A stretch of DNA of 64,000 nt, taken from Chrysemys picta bellii (Eukaryota). Position numbers and translations under genes: made by a program. The notes beneath the pieces were generated by a model. That model did no database searches and was not told where the DNA came from. It worked only from the letters and a program-made list of their open reading frames with translations. This document shows, piece by piece, positions 46,897 to 64,000 of the stretch (positions are counted from its first letter, which is position 1; each line of letters starts with the position of its first letter). The stretch covers positions 1,116,001-1,180,000 of the forward strand of contig NC_088807.1 in assembly GCF_011386835.1 (NCBI RefSeq). Reading direction: 5' to 3'.

Positions 46897-49800
46897 CAAG
46901 TTTGGTCCCTGTCATTGCTTGGGTTCTTAGCTCGTCAGTACTAACGAGTGGGCAGGTGCTCAGGGCGGGTGCAGTAGGAGGAGATGGTAACCGCGTGTTT
47001 ACCTCTCTTGAACACTTGTAATGGACTGGGTGAGTAATGCTGTGGGGGTGTCTAGCCTAGTGCAACTCCAAGACTAATCAGTAACTCACCGGCATAGGGT
47101 GCGTTGGGCTTTGCAGCTAGAAGAGCTACTCAAGGGGATGGGGAAAGTGAGGCACAGTGAAGGGAAGTGACTACCCAGGACATGACAGAATCCACAAATC
47201 TTGCCTATTGTCGGTGATGTGACTCGTGGCCCACACACCCTCCCAACCGTGAGTCGGACAGGGGAGTGCCGGCTCCCAGCTTACGCTTTAACTAGGCCTT
47301 ATTTCCCCTTCCTGGAGTAACACTTGGAGTGTTTAACATCAAAGCTGTTTGCAGACCTAGGCATGTGGGTCCAGAGGCCTCTGAATCCCGTGGAATTTGC
47401 TTGTGGAATTCCGGTTTGTGAGGCTCCCCGCCTGTGGGATTGAGTTCCCGCGTTCTCGGCCCTTTGGGTGAAATGTGCTGCCGTAGTCTGTCTGGGGCAA
47501 GAAACCGAACCAGCCCTCTGCAGCGTGTCCCGCTGCCTTGGGCTGCGGAGGAGGGTTCGAACGGGGAAAGTGACTCTTTGCAGACTTTGAGAAAACCGCG
47601 AAGCAGTGTCCTCTGCTTCCCAGGGCCGCCGAGAGGGGAGGCGCTGCTCGTTTGCGTTTGCCAACGTGCTTCCTTAGCCCCTCTCAGTCCTGCCCCATTG
47701 TAAGTTTCCTGTTGTGAGTTGTAGGGCATCTGTCATTCATGCCCATGGCAGATGACTCCGCTGACGCTGCAGCCGTGACCTCCAGTCCGTTGCTGCTTGC
47801 TAGTGAGAAGATACCCCTTTATTCTTAGCATCTTCCCCCGCTGTAAAGTTCAGGCCACGCTTTGCAACTGCCTGGAAGTGAGCATGGGCTGGCTGACAGT
47901 CAATGAGGAGCAGTGATTTATCCCGCTGCAGCCTGTGCAGCTTTTAAAACCCAACCAAGGAAAGGCCAGCTCCAGCAGCCGTGCCAAGCAGCCGCCGTGT
48001 CGCATCCGGGGGACAAGCTTCTGTATCCAAAAGAAAGCGCCCGTGTTCCGTAGTGAGCGCGCTCTCCTCCTCCTAGACAGAACTCCTCGCTGGCCCCGGC
48101 GGACGGCTTGACGGATTCCGTGGGGCTTTTGCACATGTCTACACGCATCCCTGCAATCTGTCGGGCAGAGGCAGATTTCTATATTTTCCTTAATTAGCAA
48201 AGCCGGAGCCAAGAGCTGTGAACTCGCTGAGTTCAAAGGCTGGCTTTGACTCCGCAGCCTTGTCTGGTATCAGAGTTGCCCCACTTTGACTTTGAACTGG
48301 GTGCAAACCCCTCTGGGAACACCCTTAAACTCTGCTTGTGTCGATTTTAGGACTAGAGTTAAGCAAAATCGATATAACCCGGGTTTAAATCTAATTAAGA
48401 ATGTCCACACTGGAGTTCGCACCAATTTAATGGGGCCAGTTTCAAATCATGCTTTTAAACTGAAGCAACTTTGAACATACAAACTAACTCTCCCTATGAA
48501 TTTGTCAGGTCTCTTGATCTCTGCCTCAGTGATCCCATCCGTAGAAATGGGGTGATTAATACGTATGTCTACAGTGCTTCTTAAATCTGCCCTTTGTCTG
48601 TAGCTCAGATTTCTGCTGGAAAAGGAGCGTGTGTACTTGCTGGAGGTGTGCTGCCGGAATTGCTTTGTCTCCTAGTTGCCTAGTCGTGATGCTGATGCTC
48701 TGATTCGTGACAGAGGAAGGGGAAGCATGCGCGTCCTGGTCTCGTTTGTAGCTGTTGTTAACCATCCCGCTCAGTGTCAATGCTTTGCTGACATCCAGAC
48801 AAGCCATCAGTCACTGCGTTCAAGTTGTCAGTGTGGCTTTCGTTTCTGCCACGTGTTAATTGGGACCGCAGGTGAACCTGGAGTGTGGCCTGTTATTTTT
48901 TTTCTTCTCTTTGGTTAGTCTGTGGTTTTTCAGGGGGTGACAGAATGAAAGCATGAAAGATTTTTGTTTCAGGCTTCCAGGAAGTGATGTTGGATGGAGC
49001 TCAGTGATGGAATGGAAGGCTCAGGTTCTCCTTGTCCTGGGCCATGCGCTGTCGTTTACCTCGATTACCATAGGCAGCGGGCAGTGCCCATAACACAGCC
49101 CCATTCAGCGCCGGGCAGTAGTGAACTCTCCGTGAGATGTGGGTTTCTCATACAGCGCTGCCAACTCTTGTGAGGTTTGCCATGCTCCATCAATCCCCAG
49201 CTCCTGGAGTCAAGAGCTGGTGGTAGCGTGGCCTTCATTTAAACTAAAATAAGTTCCTAGCCCTTTGGGCTGTGGAGAAACACTTGAAAACCTGACCCAG
49301 AAAGCAAATCAAAAGAATCCAATGTCTATTATTTTGTATACTTGTGTGACTTAAACCAATTCCGTGATTTTTGGCGGGCCTTTCTCTGGGTTTTGGAATG
49401 CTTTGTGCTGGCAGGGCTGCTTAGCCTTTATCTTCCTGTCGTTAAAAACAAGCCACGGAGCTCATCAGTTTGGTACAGTTTAAGTATTAAGTCAGGCAAC
49501 ACCACAGTTAATCTTGCCTGTGCGCCTTTCATGTCAGGAGCTTGGTGCTTCTGCGATATTGAAGGCCACGATCCTGCACTTTGTTCCAGGCTGGCTCAAG
49601 ACTTTGTAATCCCTCTGAGCGAGGTACATTACTATCCCCATTTTATAGCTGGAGAAAGAGAGGCGTGGACTTGCCAAAGCTGCTAGTAGTTTTAGAAATA
49701 AACGCAGGAGCCCTGGCGGTATTGTGGTGAAGGCACTACTAGAGTAAAACTCAGGAGATCTGGGTTGATCCATCACTCTGCCATGCTCTTCCCATGTCAC

Positions 49801-52800
49801 TTAAACCACTGGGCCTCAGTTCTCCCTCTGGCAACTTGGGGGGATCGTGACCTTGCCTCTGTTTTGTGTGTTTGGATTGTAGGTGCTTTGGGGCAGGGAC
49901 TGTTCCTTTCTCTGTGCGTGCAGTGCTGCGCTGTCGCGGTGCGGGTCAGACGCCCCGACTGAGCTGTGCTAGGCCTACTTCCAAAGTCGTGCTAATAAGT
50001 TACGTTCTCCGGGAAATCACAGCCTGACCGCCCCGGGGGGGCGGGCGCTCCGAGTTCAGTGGAGACGCTATCGACGGGTGTTATTTCCCTCTAGCTTGTT
50101 TTCCAGAAATGAGTCACTGGGAACCCCCTCATCCCCCCCACCAGGCATCTTTTGACACAGGTGAACGCAGCCCGTTTCAGCCTATCTCCGAGGTGAAAGC
50201 AAGGCCACCTCGGGGCTGGAGCTCTGTCACCCTGCACATTTGGTTTTCTCTTGCTTCGGGGGCCTCCTTTTCTCTTGTTGATGTTTGACCAGCCGAAATA
50301 CTAGACTCGGCAGAAATACAGGATGTGGTGACGTGTGGCGAACGGAACCGTCTCGCGCGCAGACATGGTAAAACTCATCCCTCGCTGTGTGGAATGGCCG
50401 AGGTCTTTGGGGGGGTCGTGCCCCAGTGTACCTTACAGATGATCTCCTGTGGCCCAGCAAGCCGAGCCCCGCGTCGGGGCGCCTGGCTGGCAAGATGAAA
50501 TAAACACTTGTTTGCCGTGCAGGAGCCGCTGGAGAGGGTTGCCAAAGGGTGTCAGATGTCAGACAACCAAGTGGAAGAACTAATGTTTATTGAGCCTTTT
50601 GTTCCAGTGACTGTCAAACATAAACAGGGGGAGGGGCTGTGCCCATCCACAGCCAGGCTGGCTGGGTGCCCGAGAGGAGGAGGGGCGTTGTTTCCCAGGG
50701 ACCCCGAGGGCGGTACGGCTCCGCTGGCACGGGGATACCTCCCCCCCCCAGGGCCCGACGGGAGCTGTGCTTTAGACACTTCCATCCTAGCAGCGCAAAC
50801 CACTCCTCTGCCTCTTCCCGTTCTGCACATCCTGAAAGGAGTAAACAATCTAGTGTGTACTTAGCTGAGTCACACTGCCAGCTAGTCAACAGGGGGAGCG
50901 GGGCCAGCCGCCGCACTGCTCCCTGCAGTCCGTGCGGGATGCCCCCTGGGAGGAGGGCCAGCAGGTGTGAGCTACCTTGCAGAGACCTGCCCCTCTCTGT
51001 AGACTCTGCATTTCACTCTCTTTGAGATCTCTCCTTGCGCCACGGAGTATTAACCCTTTGCTGCTGGGAGCTGAGTCCCGCCCCACACCTCTGACGTTAA
51101 AGCCACCAATCAATCCAGTGCCAGCTGCTTCGGAGGGCATGAACAGAACAGGGCAGTCATCGAGTGATCCGTCCCTGGCGTCCACTCCCACCTTCTGGCC
51201 GTCAGAGCTTGAGGTTGTGTGTGACCCTCTTGGCTCATAGCCATTGAGGGACCTGTCCTCCGTGACTATCACTTCTCGCTGAGGATCTCCAAGCACTTTG
51301 CAAGTATTTAACGCTTCCAGCGCTGCTCAGGGAGGTTAGATCCCTAACGTAAGTTCCGTTTGACAGAAACTGAGGCCCCCAGCGAAGAGCCAACCCCCCG
51401 AGGGGCTGATGCTCTGGTCTCCTGGGCCTTAGCTAGGAAAATGCACAGAGAGGCTGGATCGAAAATCCGCACCCGCTCAACCAGCTGGAAGCAGGAAGGC
51501 CTGGGGGCAGTTTTCTGGCCTGTGCTGGGTGGGACGTCAGACTCTTCAATGTAACGGTCCCTCCAGCCTCCAAGTCGCTGAACCAATGACTTCATTTCCA
51601 ATGACCCCAGCTTTCTATGGGCGTGCCCCAAGGCCTGGCGCCCCAGCCCCCAACGCACGCTGTGCAGAATCCCTGCTGGAGGGCAGCGCTCTGCGGAGAC
51701 AGGCGCTGTCCATGCACGCTGCCCCGGGCACCTGTGACCTGCGGGACTGAGCGTTCAGAGCAAGGGTCTAAAGTACTGCCGGCTCGGTCAGCAAATCGAT
51801 AGGTCAGTCCCTGCAGCAGCTGTCTGTTGGCTGTCCCCTGTCTCTCTCTGGCGTTCTCACATGGCCCCGGGGCCCATAAGTCTGCACCTCACCATCTTTA
51901 ATAGACGTTCAGCTGAGGAAGGAGCTGAATAACGGAGACCCTGGTGCGCTGAGGTCAGACAGGAAGACAGCGTCAGAGCAGGGACTTGAACCTGGCTCTG
52001 CCAAGTCCCCAGCTAGCCTGCTAACCACTGGGCACTCCTTCCTTCACGTAGCTGCAGTGAAACTTCTCAGAAGAGCCATCGTTTCACACCTGACACGTCA
52101 TATCTCCAGGCCAGCAGGGACCCTTACGATCACCCAGAACGCAGGCCCCGAACTGGCTGGTTGTGGCGAGCGCCAGCCTGGCTTTCTCAGGGATCGGTTA
52201 GGGAGGGCAGTGCTTGTGCTCCAGTCCTTATAGCCTGGGACGGCTCCAGACATCTCTGGTGGCGTTGTAACCACCTGTGGGCTCTGGCTGTTCCCCGGCA
52301 AGGAACTGGGGGGGGCGGGGGGAAGCTGATCTAGTGAAAGTGAGCAGAGGAGCTGGATTGACCCTCCTGGGGCCCAAAATCTTCAGGGTCCAGCCCTCGT
52401 AGGAGCAGGGAGAAGCTTACACGGGCACCGGGATGGGGTCCCCGAAGCGCTCCGAGATCTGCTGAAGAAAAGTGCGATGTCAGAGACGTGTGTGAGTGAA
52501 GGACAGGAGGAGCTCAGTTTCTGTAGCCCGTTTAGTCCTTCCCCTCTCCAGGAGGTGACTGGCAAGTCTGGCCCTCCAAGGGGAGCCCGGGAGCCTGCCA
52601 TTGGAGGGCAGTGCCAGCATGACTGGTGCTGAGTTCATTTGGTTTCCAACTGGTGACCTACAGGCTCTCCTGCGGGAGCCCGCCAGCCCGGCCAGCGCTG
52701 AGATCGTAGTCAGAAGCGGTGCTCGAATGGCCACTGCGAAGTGATCGCATCCCCTGAGGCTCCAAGGCGCGTGCTGCCTGGCTTCTCCTCGCTTATTTCT

Positions 52801-53809
52801 AAAGGTCGCAGGGTCAGTCTCGCTGCCATCCTCTCAGGCTATGGCTGGCGTGCGTGAGCAGGGACGTCCCTTTGCTCTCTCTCACTGCACGCGGCTGCCC
52901 AGTAAAGTCTCAGAATCCCAGGGTGAGTTTCAAACGCCCCGCACGTCACTTGTGCAAAGGGGCGTCATGTTCCCCAGGGTTAAACTGATCAGCTCAGCTC
53001 TTGGGACGCTTTCCATTGGCTTGTTCTGAACCGCTCTTAGATTGCAAACTGCTCAGGGAAGAGACTTTGGGGGAGACGTTTCAGAGGCATCTAAATGAGT
53101 GAGGAGCTAGCAGGAAGGTCACTGGGACTTTGGCTCATAAGTGACTTAAACTCGTCTGAAAACGTTACCCTGTGTCATCTGTTGGGGGCCAAGTGCGTGA
53201 CAGACATTCCCAGACCCCACTGCCTTACACCGAAGACAGGCGCGTAGCTTTCTCCCCGTGGGTCAGAGCCAGCCGTGGTTTATCTGCAAAGGGCTGGTCT
53301 GTCTCGGCTCCAGCTCGGGTTGTGCATGCCACAGTCAGCAATACAGGTGAGCTCGTCACCCTTAGAGGCATGTGATGTTCGCCGTCGCTCTGTGTCCCAC
53401 AGTGCTGACCACCTGCTGGCCCAGAATAGCTCCCACCTCCTCCGAATTGTTGGCGTTCCCCAGATGGCTTCTCTCTCTTCGCGGGCGTCCCTGCACCCGC
53501 CGGCAATTTGCCGGCTTCGTGGCCGGGCCAAGGACCTGGGGGACCCTAAGGCGGTGTCAGAAATTCCAGCCCTTGATAATCTCGTTGTTAATCTGCTAAA
53601 ATTAGCACTGACGCTGGGACTGCATCTCGTCTCTAGCTAGCCACGGCTTGCTCGGTCCCGGGCTCCAGTCTCTTCTCGGCGGTACGTAGCTTTGGCCGGC
53701 GGTTCTGTAGGACGGGGTTAATGTTACCTCCTGCGCTTGGAGATTGGTAGGGGAGGGGCCACGTTTGCCGTTCGTCTGACCGGTGCTGCTAGTGGCATTT
53801 AAGAGGACT

Positions 53810-53975
53810 GCGTGGAGCACTGGACTGGGACTCCTAGCTCTGCCACTGGCCCGCTGGGTCACTGTGGGTGAGCCACTTCTGTCCCTGGGCCTCAGTTTCC
53901 CCTCGATGAACAGGGATGATGCTAGTTTCCTCCTTTGTAAAGTGCTTTGAGCTCTCTGGATGAAAAGCTAGGGGT
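53810..53975 (+). mobile_element. MIR-like CORE-SINE
   Basis: GAGCACTGGACTGGGACTCC...GGGCCTCAGTTTCCCC...GTAAAGTGCTTTGAG. Shorter MIR-like cores also occur near 13860, 15540, 27500-27620, 33070-33130 and 49600-49850. Confidence 0.75.
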
Positions 53976-56900
53976 TCTTATTAAATCAAAGCGAGCCCCG
54001 CCGGGCTGTGGGCTGGACGAGCCGCCCTCTGCCTAGCCTCCAAAGAAGTCCCTGGTGGTGATCCCCCTTGGTGGGGAAAACGAGTCGCGAATGGGCACTT
54101 CCAGGAAGTCAGTTCTTCTGCCAAGTCTCAGGTATCTGCACCTCCCGAGGGCGCAGTCACCCACCAGGCTGATGGTCTGGCCTGTTTCACCCACACATTG
54201 TTCCTGGGGCGTTTCTCGGCAGACGGCCGGGACGGTTACGTTCTGGTGCCAACAGGCCCCTGTGAAGCCTGGCCGTTTGGGCAAGAGAATGGTTCCGTTT
54301 GGAAATCGAGCAGTTCCATGTGCCGCCAGGTTCCCTGGGTCTTACCCCTTGGTTTGCTCTCCCCCAATCACATGGCTCTGTCTTTCCAGCTGCCGTCCGG
54401 TCACCTGCGTTCTAGCCTATTGCAAATACTGTTTGCCTTGCGCGGGAGGAAGACCCGGCTGTGCATTCGCAGCCTCGGACTCGCGCTGTGCGGGAGCAGC
54501 TGGGGTAAGCACTGCGGTGGCTTCTCTGGCCTGTCTTACGCGAGGCAGGGCCCTCTGTGCCCCAGGTCCCGACGGGAAGATGGTCCTAGTGCTGGCGTTT
54601 TGCTGAACCGTTAGCCCTGTTACGTAAATGAGTGAAATCCAGTTGCAGCCCCGGCTTTGTTTGTTAGCTAGGATTGCAAGAGTAGTTCTGTATAAACTTG
54701 TCTGCCGGGATCAGAGTGATGGCGTCTTTCTCCCCCTCTTGCTTCTGGTCAGTTTTGCCAATGAAAATACATGTGGATTAAATCGCCTTATTTGTGTGGG
54801 GTTTATTTAGCTCAGACGTGGAGCTTGTGGAGAGAAGTTGGGCAGTTCTGTGGCTGCATGTGGCCCGCGCCCGGCCCACTCACTGTCTGCTGGGGGGTGG
54901 ATCAGAATTCTCTGTAAAACTGGGAGCACAATCTGAGCATCGAACTGGAAGCTCGGCGCGCTGGAGTCCTCCGGCCCTTTCTCCACCAAATGCGCCGGCT
55001 GGCACGTCTCCCGCTCTCTTTGCCGGTTTCCCTCACTCAGGAGTTCGGCAGATCTGTTTGAAAAGCCCCTGTGATTGCCAAGGGCTAAATATTGCTAAAG
55101 CACCTGTGAGGGTATTTCCAAATCGAGGCAGCCCCCGCTCTGTGTATGCCCACAGGCTGGCAATATTACACATCGCCTCTTCGGCATTTGCCATTTGGGT
55201 CTTATGGGGCGAGCTTTGGTCCCCTGGTCTTCAACCTCAGTTACTCCAGTGGCCAACCAGCTTTTCTCTTGGAGATCCTGGACTAGTCCAGATGTTTGGA
55301 CATAGTTCTCCGAGCCCTCCAGAGATGCGAGCGGAGAGGAGCTCTGGCCAAGCGTCTGGGCTGGTCAGACAATCTCCGAGGAAAACCGGACAAGTGAGGA
55401 AAGTCTCCCTTCCTCAGCCCAGAGTGGGTGAAGCATGTTCGTGCTAGAGCACCAGTGAGGAGAACCTAGTTCCCCAAAGGGGTGCGTACTGGCGGGCGTA
55501 GGGGAGCTGGCGAGGGGTAGGCCTCCGATGCCAAGGAATTCTTGACAGGCGATCTGAGCTGTTCCGCTGAACGGGCTGGAGCTTTCTGGGGAACTGTCCC
55601 AGCCCCACTTGCTCCTGTTCAGGCAACCCTGGAGCCGAGGCAGATAGCTGGCGGCGTGACGTTTCGCCCGTTCCCTCTGCAGCAGGAACGTGGGGGAAGT
55701 AGAGCGAAGAGTGAGTCCCGCGTGAGGCCAAGGTGAGTTGTAAGGAAAGGAAATGTCCCAGAGAAAGGGAGCAGCACAGCAGGTGCTGAAAATGAGCGGG
55801 GTGTTCTCTGATTTGCCGTTCCTGAGTTGGTTCCGGGAAAGCACGGTTATGCTAAGGCGTCCGAGGTGGAAATAGCCCGGGCTAGATAGGGTCTCTTTAT
55901 ACCCTGCAAAGCTGGGCCCAGCTGCCTTTCTAGTGACATGACGTTTTCTTTCTACCCTTGTCTTTGTTCATTATAGTCCTGTCATTCCGATTACCATCTT
56001 GCTTAGTTTTCCTACTTCAATCCTGCTGTTTGTCGTGGCTGCTAGCTTGCCTGGAGCTCGGTCTCTGAAGCACAGCGTGGGAACTTCCCGGCTCCGGTGG
56101 CTTGCACAGTGCAGTCACTGAACCGAAGTAGCTAGTCCGGGGCGAGCGATCGCTGATGTGGGGGGAGAGGCTCCCTCTGCTCCACCAGCCCCGGGTCGTG
56201 CGGAGTTAACGGGTGGGCCAGCATGAGGCAGGCCCGAGGCATGGCATGGGGAGGAAGGGCCAGGCCCAAAGAGACCGGAGAGCCAGGAGCCGGTGGTGCT
56301 GTTGCTGGGCCGTGGAATCCCGGCCTTGGGCCTGTATGTTTGTACCTTCCTGCGGGTCTCGTGGCTCTCCAGCGTGCCGGGCTCCAGCCTGGCCTAGGAA
56401 AGCGCCCTTGCCCGGGTTCGAGGGGAGCAGCCTGATTTCCCTGCCTCGCCGCGCGGCGCCCCAGCAGAGCCCGATAGCCAAGCTCCTGTCGGGCTCCCGG
56501 GCTTGCTGGAGTGAAAATAGATCCAGCAGAAGTGCTGAGTGGCCCGGGAGCCCCCGGTCCCCGTGCGCCATCACTAGTGCTCTGTGCCTCGAGCCAGGCG
56601 GCGCTCGAGAGGGAGAGGGCTCGGCACAGGGGCGCCGCAGGCAAATGTGTCCTGCCCTGTGCTGGGGTGAGCCCCGAACTCCCTCCCTCTGGACTGGAGC
56701 CAGACCGGGGTGCTTCAGCCCGGTTGCTAGCAGGAGTTTTCCCTGACCAGCCTGGACAACAGACGCTTCTCAGAGCATCCTAGGTTCCCGGGCAGCGATC
56801 CTGGCTCCGGGCCAGCCACGTGGGCCGGGCTTCCAAGACAATCCCTGGCCCTGCCCCCCCAGGTCTGTCAGGTGACTGGGATTAATTTTTCTCCAGCTGT

Positions 56901-57624
56901 TTGTTTTGTCAGGGCTCTTGCCTGTGCAGCGTGTGTGTTTTCCCCGCCAGTGTCTTTGATCTGAGCATGTGCGATTAGTGCCTCTTATCTCCAAGGCTTT
57001 TTATCATCAGTGATGGTAGCACATGGTGCTGCGGGGAGATAAGGGTCGCTGGAAACCGAGGTAAACACCTCGCTGGCTGCCTGAGCAGGTAGCGGGCTCT
57101 CCCTGCAGCTCGGGGGGGTTTGCAAGCAGGGCTCTGATTCCCCGTCCACGTAGCGGGGGAGTTTTTACTGATACCCTGTGTGGGGGCGGTTTCCTACTGA
57201 TGCTGCCTTTCTGTCTTCACCGGGAGAGCTGCGTCTCCGAGGCGTCCCCGTGTGCTTCGCCCCGTGCAGCGCGTGCAGAGGGCACTGGGCACGGGGGGGC
57301 AGAGGCTAGGGCACATCTGATCACCACTCTGTCTGCCTTGGCTTGGTTTGTAAGCTCACGGGGGCAAGGGCTGCTGTGTGCTCAGCCCTCCGGGCGGAGG
57401 GGGCGGATTCGGACCCCGTGGCGAGCGACACTGGATCTTTGGGGGCGGCATTCGTGGGAGCTCCATCCGCAGCTCTGTCTGGACGTCCAGTGAATTCTGC
57501 GATGGCAAACGGCTTCTTTTCTCCCACAGACGCTCACTGCGCCCGCAGCACGTCCTGCAGCTGGCAGCGCTACCCGGGTTCCTTGTCCTGCCCTGCAGAG
57601 GTGGCCGGGAGCTGGGGCACCAAC

Positions 57625-63748
<6,124 letters not shown>

Positions 63749-63764
63749 GTAAATCCCCCCGCGG

Positions 63765-64000
63765 GGGCTCGGGGCGGGCGGGGCGGGCGTGCCAGCCGGG
63801 TCTCGGGGCGGGCGTGCCAGCCGGGTCTCGGGGCGGGCGAGGCAGCCGGGTCTCGGGGCGGGCGAGGCAGCCGGGTCTCGGGGCGGGCGGGGCGGGCGTG
63901 CCAGCCGGGTCTCTGGGCGGGCGTGCCAGCCGGGTCTCGGGGCGGGCGTGCCAGCCGGGTCTCGGGGCGGGCGGGGCGGGCGTGCCCGCCGGGTCTCGGG
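63765..64000 (+). repeat. GC-rich 25-bp tandem repeat in AKT2 intron, truncated by window end
   Basis: Unit GGGCGGGCGTGCCAGCCGGGTCTCG (63781..63805, 63806..63830, ...); at least 8 copies visible. Confidence 0.96.

Noticed and set aside
47500-47580. ISRE/IRF-like motifs (GAAACCGAACC, GGAAAGTGAC) in AKT2 intron 1
   Set aside because: Neither matches the full GAAANNGAAA consensus; expected by chance.

Overview
This is vertebrate genomic DNA. It is GC-rich, and its repeat families (CR1 3' ends, Harbinger-type MITEs, LF-SINE-like relics, tandem SINE heads) suggest a turtle; that assignment is an inference. Three spliced genes lie in the order known from human 19q13.2. PLD3 is on the minus strand with 11 coding exons (746..10505, 493 aa, complete). 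C19orf47 is on the plus strand with 8 coding exons (24344..33998, 383 aa, complete). AKT2 is on the plus strand, and only its first 6 coding exons are present (57625..63748, 213 aa; it runs off the window end). I placed the exon boundaries by hand from GT/AG sites and frame continuity. The most unusual sequence is non-coding: a ~7 kb G-rich ~93-bp tandem array starting exactly at the C19orf47 exon-1 donor, a ~4.8 kb C-rich ~40-bp array after a 10-N gap in the AKT2 promoter, and a 25-bp GC-box array just after an AKT2 donor. The C-rich array carries a Kozak ATG and stacked palindromes in most units. I also found a MEF2/E-box/MEF2 cluster and a forkhead-site cluster in AKT2 introns. I found no new protein-coding system; the giant ORFs in the track are repeat artefacts.
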